From an uncultured archaeon (lineage in GTDB: Archaea > Iainarchaeota > Iainarchaeia > Iainarchaeales > 0-14-0-20-30-16), in NCBI GenBank assembly GCA_964565125.1, contig CAZMCX010000054.1:1-5719 (forward strand): 5,719 nucleotides of DNA, written 5' to 3'. Shown piece after piece: positions 1 to 4,070 of this stretch (its first letter is position 1; every line of letters starts with the position of its first letter). The translations under genes and the position numbers were made by a program. The notes beneath the pieces were generated by a model. The model did not search any database. It saw only the letters and a list, made by a program, of their open reading frames with translations, and was not told the origin of the DNA.

Positions 1-5
1 ATTTT

Positions 6-737
6 ATGTTAAAAGTTAAGAATATCGTGACAAATAGCCTTTTGAGCTACTTTAAGCATTTCCACGTTGTAATTGGATATGCTATTGCTTTGCTTATTAC
101 CCTTTTTATAAACAATTTTGCATTTTCTTTGATGGGAAATGATGTAACTTTTGTATATGCTGCAAGCTACCCTATTTATGTTTATTTACTTGTTTTACTA
201 GCAATTGTGCTATCCAGCCTAATTTACTCTATGTTTACCTCAATCCTTGTGTTTGTAGTAAGAAGAGACCTATTCCAAGGAGTAAAGAAGATGGAAATGG
301 TAAAACACATAATAAAGTCAACTGCGAGCTTGTTTGTTGTGGCTTTAGCTGTTAACATAATTTACTTTATAATTTACTATATTTTTGTTGGAACTGTTGT
401 GGCATTCTTGATTCCGGTGTTGTACTTCATATTAGCAATATTTGTATTCTATTGCGCCCAGTCAATCATAATTGATGAAGAGGGGATTGGAGTTGCTCTA
501 GAACACAATTATAAGTTTATGAAAAATAATAAGTTAACTACTTTGGCGGTTTATCTTGTATTTGTTGTATTGATATTCATAGTTAGCTTAATTTCGATGT
601 GGATAGGTGGAACAACTGGATTGATAGTTGGATTAGTATTAAATACAATATTTATTGTACCATTGTTGGAAATAACAAAAACAGTAGTTTACTTAACAAA
701 ATTCAATATATTTAATTCTTATTTAAGACATAGATAA
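6..737 (+). CDS. Polytopic integral membrane protein, function unknown (about six predicted TM helices)
   Basis: 243-aa ORF with ATG at 6 and TAA at 735-737. It is very hydrophobic, with TM-like segments such as VVIGYAIALLITLFINNFAFSLM, LFVVALAVNIIYFIIYYIFVG and LAVYLVFVVLIFIVSLISMWIGG, plus one polar loop (DEEGIGVALEHNYKFMKNNK). No catalytic motif recognised. The ATG is 5 nt from the window edge with no upstream in-frame stop in the window, so the true start could lie upstream. Confidence 0.6.
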   Translation: MLKVKNIVTNSLLSYFKHFHVVIGYAIALLITLFINNFAFSLMGNDVTFVYAASYPIYVYLLVLLAIVLSSLIYSMFTSILVFVVRRDLFQGVKKMEMVKHIIKSTASLFVVALAVNIIYFIIYYIFVGTVVAFLIPVLYFILAIFVFYCAQSIIIDEEGIGVALEHNYKFMKNNKLTTLAVYLVFVVLIFIVSLISMWIGGTTGLIVGLVLNTIFIVPLLEITKTVVYLTKFNIFNSYLRHR

Positions 738-739
738 AT

Positions 740-854
740 GGATAAGGGCCAAAATATTGTGTCCTTCTATTATGGGGTGTTCTTTGGCTTAACTATTCAC
801 TTATTTTTACCTTGTTTTTTCAACTTTAAACCTAACTAAAACAGGCCCTTTCCC
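740..854. repeat. GC-rich imperfect inverted repeat (arms 740-750 GGATAAGGGCC and 844-854 GGCCCTTTCCC) framing the convergent intergenic region
   Basis: Read directly. The core AAGGGCC (744-750) is perfectly complementary to GGCCCTT (844-850), and 9 of 11 positions pair when the arms are extended. The arms enclose 93 nt of AT-rich sequence between the stop codons of the membrane-protein gene and topA. Confidence 0.3.
804..820 (+). terminator. Oligo-T tracts (T5 at 804-808, T6 at 815-820), candidate archaeal-type termination signal for the 6-737 CDS
   Basis: T runs lie 67-85 nt downstream of the TAA stop on the coding strand. Archaeal RNA polymerase typically terminates at oligo-T. No experimental support. 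Confidence 0.35.
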
Positions 855-864
855 TATTAGCAGT

Positions 865-2967
865 TTATTCCTTTTTCTTTTTTGTTTTTCTAGGAGTCTT
901 TGCTTTTATGGGTTTAGTTGCAACTATTGTGGCTCTGGCTGCTGCTGCTGCTTCCCTTTTTCTGGCATATTCTTTTTGGGATGGGCAGTTATTGTTCAAA
1001 CAAAACTCGTGCTTTCTTTTGCCCTTCCTTAACTCTATTTTGGGGGCATTACATATGCTACATTTACCTGCGTAGGTATAGAAATCTTTCTGAGGCAAAG
1101 AATAAGTTATTTTACAATTGGGGTAATTGCTACAACCAAGGAATGATTTTCCCATTCTAGAAGTAAGCTTTCTTAAACTTCCACCACATAGACAAGGACC
1201 AAAAGAATCGTGCCTGCTGATGCCGCCAATAAGCTTCTGAGCTATCTTTCCTTTGTTTTCTAATAATTCGTTTAATATTTTTAATAAAAGGTCTCTAGAA
1301 TCATTTACAACTTTCTCTTTTGTGGTTTCTTTGTTTTCTATAGAAGTCATTTGATCTTCTAGCTTTGCGGTTGTTTCTGGAAGAACTATTGCTTTTGCAT
1401 ATTCTTGTAAAGCAGATATTACTGCTTTAGCAATTTCTGTAGAGTTTACTTGTTTTTCACCATCTATGTAGTTTCTAGAATAAAGCTTTTCGATTATTGT
1501 TGGCCTTGTGCTCTTAGTGCCCAGCCTTAGGTCTTCCATGAGCTTAATTAAAGTTCCTTGAGAATATTTTGCTGGCGGCTTGGTCTCTTTTGCAAGAATT
1601 TCTTTTTTTAATACAGGTAATTCTTCGCCAACTTCCATACTAGGTAAAAAGGATTCTGAAACTTTTCTATATGGATAAAACCAAAGCCAACCTTCTTTTA
1701 AAATTTCTAGACCTTCCGAAACAAATAAGTATTCGGGGGTTGAAAAATATACTTTTGTAGTATTTGCCTCTGCGTCTTCAGCAAGAGTTGCAAAAAATCT
1801 GTTAACTACTAACTTATAAACTTTCCATTCGGGCTTAGAAAGCGTATTTTCGCTTGCAAGAGTTACTGGGTGGATTGGTGGATGATCTTTAGTTTCTTCT
1901 CCCGCGGAAGGGACTATTTTGTCCTGTTTTCTTAGTTTCTCTACTTCTTTCTTAAAGCCGGGCTCTAAGTCAGAAAGTATTTTTGGTATATCTACCCCAA
2001 CATACTTCTTGTTGTCGGTTCGAGGATAGCTTATAAGCCCATTCATATACAGGTGTTCTGCAATACTTATTGCTTTTCCTGCTGAAAATCCAAGCTTTAT
2101 TGCTTCTCTTAAAAAATCTGTAGTGTTAAATGGCGTTGGTCTTGGAATTTTCTTCTTCTTTTTATCTAAACTGTGGACTTTTACTGTTTCCTTTACCGCA
2201 TTAAATATTTTTTCTGCTAATTCGTTATTGTCAATTTTTTCTTTTTCGTAAAGGGCAGTAAATTCTTCTCCTTTTTTCAAAGTTAATTCTACTTGCCAAT
2301 ATTTTTCGGGTACAAAATTTGCAATTTCCAGATCTTTTTCAACTATTTTTGCAAGAGTTGGGCTCTGAACTCTTCCTGCAGATAAAAAATCTGGGCCTAA
2401 TCTTTTTATTATTAAAGATAAAAATCTTGTAAGAACCGCACCCCAGATTAAATCTATTTCTCTACGCGCATCCGCGGCATCTGCTATGCCATAGTTAAGC
2501 TCTTGCAAATTTGAGAATGCTTTTGATAATTCGTCTTTTGTAATCGCTGAATAATATGCCCTCTTTATTTCTAGGTTTGGGTTTTCTTCTATAACATAAG
2601 TTACCGCCTCTTTTCCGATGGATTCTCCCTCTCGATCCGCATCGGTTGCAATTATAATTTTGTTTACCTCTTTTGCGTATTTTTTTAGAAGGGCGGCAAT
2701 TTCCTTTTCTTTCATTATATATCTTATTTCCGGCTTTTGAACTAAATCCTTTAGGTCTGTTCCAAGCCATCTTGAATATTTGAGTGGAAAAGCAACATCT
2801 GAAATGTGTCCTTTTAGCGGAATTAACACTACATCTCCAAGCTCTTTAGACGAAAATTCAAAATAAGGCATTTTGTTATAAAATTTTGAAGAGTAGTTCT
2901 TACTTGAAAGAATTTCGGAGATTGTTTTTCCTGCAATCGGTTTCTCTGCAACTACTATTGTTTTCAT
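865..2967 (-). CDS. topA: DNA topoisomerase I (type IA, TopA/Topo III-like) with two C-terminal zinc ribbons
   Basis: 700-aa ORF. N-terminal Toprim domain (VVAEKP with Glu8; DADREGE at residues 109-115). Type IA active-site motif GLISYPRTDN with Tyr314 (codon 2026-2028). RVQSPTL motif. Two C4 zinc ribbons (C592/C594/C612/C618 and C636/C639/C656/C661; nt 985-1194). Lys-rich C-terminal tail. ATG at 2967 is preceded by GGTG with a 5-nt spacer. Stop TAA at 865-867. Confidence 0.95.
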   Translation of the reverse strand: MKTIVVAEKPIAGKTISEILSSKNYSSKFYNKMPYFEFSSKELGDVVLIPLKGHISDVAFPLKYSRWLGTDLKDLVQKPEIRYIMKEKEIAALLKKYAKEVNKIIIATDADREGESIGKEAVTYVIEENPNLEIKRAYYSAITKDELSKAFSNLQELNYGIADAADARREIDLIWGAVLTRFLSLIIKRLGPDFLSAGRVQSPTLAKIVEKDLEIANFVPEKYWQVELTLKKGEEFTALYEKEKIDNNELAEKIFNAVKETVKVHSLDKKKKKIPRPTPFNTTDFLREAIKLGFSAGKAISIAEHLYMNGLISYPRTDNKKYVGVDIPKILSDLEPGFKKEVEKLRKQDKIVPSAGEETKDHPPIHPVTLASENTLSKPEWKVYKLVVNRFFATLAEDAEANTTKVYFSTPEYLFVSEGLEILKEGWLWFYPYRKVSESFLPSMEVGEELPVLKKEILAKETKPPAKYSQGTLIKLMEDLRLGTKSTRPTIIEKLYSRNYIDGEKQVNSTEIAKAVISALQEYAKAIVLPETTAKLEDQMTSIENKETTKEKVVNDSRDLLLKILNELLENKGKIAQKLIGGISRHDSFGPCLCGGSLRKLTSRMGKSFLGCSNYPNCKITYSLPQKDFYTYAGKCSICNAPKIELRKGKRKHEFCLNNNCPSQKEYARKREAAAAARATIVATKPIKAKTPRKTKKKKE
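938..952. repeat. (GCT)5 trinucleotide repeat inside topA, encoding a short poly-Ala run (A673-A677)
   Basis: Read directly: gct x5 at 938-952, translated on the minus strand as GCA GCA GCA GCA within ...KREAAAAARA... Confidence 0.8.
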
Positions 2968-2972
2968 AAAAA

Positions 2973-2976
2973 CACC
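2973..2976 (-). promoter_or_regulatory. Shine-Dalgarno-like GGTG for topA
   Basis: Minus strand reads AAAAGGTGTTTTTATG. GGTG is complementary to the conserved 16S rRNA 3' end (..GAUCACCUCC..). The spacer to the ATG is 5 nt. Confidence 0.5.
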
Positions 2977-2980
2977 TTTT

Positions 2981-3035
2981 ATGAACCTGTTTGACGTTTT
3001 GCGAATTTTCTGAGCACAAACTCAAACTTGTTCAT
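2981..3035. repeat. Extended imperfect hairpin / palindromic intergenic element, copy A (between lrp and topA)
   Basis: Plus strand: ATGAAC-CT-GTTTGA-C-GTTTTGC-[GAATTTTCTGA]-GCACAAAC-TCAAAC-TT-GTTCAT. It has a 6-bp outer stem, a 2x2 internal loop, a 6-bp conserved middle stem, a 7-bp inner stem with one bulged C on each side, and an 11-nt loop. Homologous to copy B. Confidence 0.6.
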
Positions 3036-3064
3036 CATACCACACTAATAAGGCAAAACAAGTT

Positions 3065-3541
3065 TTAATGCCTATAATAAACTTGTAGACTGGATAATGG
3101 CAAAGAATCTTTTTCATATTCCTTTCCAGTAACTATTAATATTTTGAAATCTATTACACCTTCTAATTTTGTTAACAAATTGTCCAATAATTCTACTTGA
3201 GACATATCTGGAACTAAGTAAAAAAGGGTTATGTTATAGTCTCCCGCGGTTCTGTAAATACTTTTTACAAAATCTTCTGATTTAAGAGACGCCATTATTT
3301 TTTTATAAAAGAAATTATTTACTTTAAGCAAAACTAAAAACAAGCCCTGGAACCCAACAACATCATAGCCAATATCTATTGATATCTGTTTTATTATTTT
3401 TTTTGAAATAAGTCGCTCGAACCGTTTTTTTACTGCAACATCGCTTATGCCTATTTCTTTAGCCATATTACTAAAAGAAGCCCGCCCATCCTTTATTAAC
3501 ATTTGAAGTATTTTGAAATCATATTGGTCTAATACTGCCAT
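3065..3541 (-). CDS. Lrp/AsnC-family transcriptional regulator (N-terminal HTH plus C-terminal RAM/ligand-binding domain)
   Basis: N-terminus MAVLDQYDFKILQMLIKDGRASFSNMAKEIGISDVAVKKRFERLISKKII is a typical AsnC-type HTH, and about 158 aa is the usual family size. The ORF track begins at a GTG (3550), but the GGTG SD (3553..3550) overlaps that codon. The ATG at 3541 has an 8-nt spacer, so it is preferred. Stop TAA at 3065-3067. Confidence 0.9.
   Translation of the reverse strand: MAVLDQYDFKILQMLIKDGRASFSNMAKEIGISDVAVKKRFERLISKKIIKQISIDIGYDVVGFQGLFLVLLKVNNFFYKKIMASLKSEDFVKSIYRTAGDYNITLFYLVPDMSQVELLDNLLTKLEGVIDFKILIVTGKEYEKDSLPLSSLQVYYRH
3073..3081 (-). promoter_or_regulatory. TATA-like box (TTTATTATA on minus strand), candidate topA promoter inside the 3' end of lrp
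   Basis: Sequence resemblance only. If used, the start site would fall near 3051, placing hairpin copy A at the 5' end of the topA leader. Co-transcription with lrp is equally possible. Confidence 0.25.
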
Positions 3542-3549
3542 AAAAATCA

Positions 3550-3553
3550 CACC
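3550..3553 (-). promoter_or_regulatory. Shine-Dalgarno-like GGTG for lrp
   Basis: Minus strand reads AAAATTAAGGTGTGATTTTTATG, giving GGTG, an 8-nt spacer and the ATG at 3541. Confidence 0.5.
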
Positions 3554-3561
3554 TTAATTTT

Positions 3562-3619
3562 GATGGCCTGTTTGAAATTTCTGCAATTTGCCAGTGAGCA
3601 GGAATTCAAACTTGCCATC
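3562..3619. repeat. Extended imperfect hairpin / palindromic intergenic element, copy B (between nuclease gene and lrp)
   Basis: Plus strand: GATGGC-CT-GTTTGA-AATTTCTGC-[AATTTGCCAGTGA]-GCAGGAAT-TCAAAC-TT-GCCATC. The architecture matches copy A: a 6-bp outer stem, the same CT/TT internal loop, the same GTTTGA/TCAAAC middle stem, an 8-bp inner stem (one G-T wobble, one bulged A) and a 13-nt loop. Confidence 0.6.
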
Positions 3620-3645
3620 TTATTCACCTTACTATGTATTTTAGA

Positions 3646-3653
3646 TAATATAT
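3646..3653 (-). promoter_or_regulatory. TATA-like box (ATATATTA on minus strand), candidate lrp promoter immediately after the nuclease stop codon
   Basis: Sequence resemblance only. A start site about 25 nt downstream would fall near 3623, just 5' of hairpin copy B. Confidence 0.25.
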
Positions 3654-4061
3654 CTATTTAATTCTATATTCATACCAGCGCACTCGTTTTGCTTCTATCG
3701 CGTCCTTTAGGGACCGTTCTGTTTTGCTCATAACTGAACCGCCAGTTTTTACTTCTACAAAGACTACTTCTTTTATGGATTTGGTATCTAAACCGCTGAA
3801 AACTATAAAATCTATCGGTTTACCTAAAAACTTCAGCTCAGAAGGGTTAAATGGAAAATTTGGCAGGTATGGCGCCAATTGCTCATTTACAAGCCCGGAA
3901 AGAACAGACCTGGATCGCTTTATTGCATCTTTTCTGTTTTCTTTTACTAAAGAATAGATTTCTGATTCATATTTAGAAATTTGGATTTTCATAAGAATAA
4001 AACCAAGAATAAATCCAATTACTAACGCAACCAAAATAAACAAGATAAATATATAATCCAC
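3654..4061 (-). CDS. Membrane-anchored PD-(D/E)XK endonuclease, Hjc-related (COG4741 / Pfam Endonuc_Holl-like)
   Basis: Residue numbers follow the 138-aa maximal ORF. N-terminal TM helix YIFILFILVALVIGFILGFILM, then a K/R-rich linker. C-terminal domain carries PID (D87, codon 3810-3812) and VEVK (E106, K108; codons 3747-3755), a PD-(D/E)XK signature. The flanking FLGKPIDFIVFSG....VVFVEVKTG....ERSLKDAIEAKRVRW matches my memory of the Endonuc_Holl family. Maximal ORF starts at GTG 4070, directly abutting the elp3 TAG stop. I prefer GTG 4061 because GGTGA (4071..4067) sits 5 nt upstream, the same SD geometry as topA. Stop TAG at 3654-3656. Confidence 0.7.
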   Translation of the reverse strand: MDYIFILFILVALVIGFILGFILMKIQISKYESEIYSLVKENRKDAIKRSRSVLSGLVNEQLAPYLPNFPFNPSELKFLGKPIDFIVFSGLDTKSIKEVVFVEVKTGGSVMSKTERSLKDAIEAKRVRWYEYRIK

Positions 4062-4070
4062 GCAAGTCAC

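Noticed and set aside
918-1160. 80-aa plus-strand ORF antisense to the topA 3' region
   Set aside because: It lies entirely within the strongly supported topA CDS. It has a low-complexity Leu/Phe-rich composition typical of a shadow frame, and no RBS or motif.
2495-2770. 91-aa minus-strand ORF in an alternative frame of topA
   Set aside because: It overlaps the Toprim domain region of topA in another frame. Its Arg/Lys/Gly-rich composition is an artefact of the frame shift, with no independent start signal.
2981-3035. H/ACA-type guide RNA interpretation of the hairpins
   Set aside because: The internal loop is only 2x2 nt, so there is no pseudouridylation pocket. No ACA box immediately follows the lower stem in either copy on either strand.
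3030-3038. Perfect C-box-like ATGATGA on the minus strand at the start of hairpin copy A, suggesting a C/D box sRNA
   Set aside because: There is no CTGA D or D' box anywhere in the downstream 60 nt on that strand, and copy B lacks the C box. This fits coincidence with the uORF/stem ATGs better than a C/D sRNA.
3548-3550. GTG start extending lrp by three codons (MIF-)
   Set aside because: The GGTG SD (3553..3550) overlaps this codon, and the ATG at 3541 has proper spacing and gives a canonical Lrp N-terminus (MAVLDQYDFKIL).
3573-3581. TGAAATTTC inside copy B resembling a palindromic Lrp-family (FL11-like TGAAA-WWW-TTTCA, from memory) operator
   Set aside because: It lacks the central spacer and the terminal A, is absent from copy A, and such AT-rich near-palindromes are common here. 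It is kept only as part of the Lrp-operator hypothesis.
3724-3957. 77-aa plus-strand ORF antisense to the nuclease gene
   Set aside because: It is a shadow ORF inside a CDS with a recognisable PD-(D/E)XK signature, with no SD and no motif.
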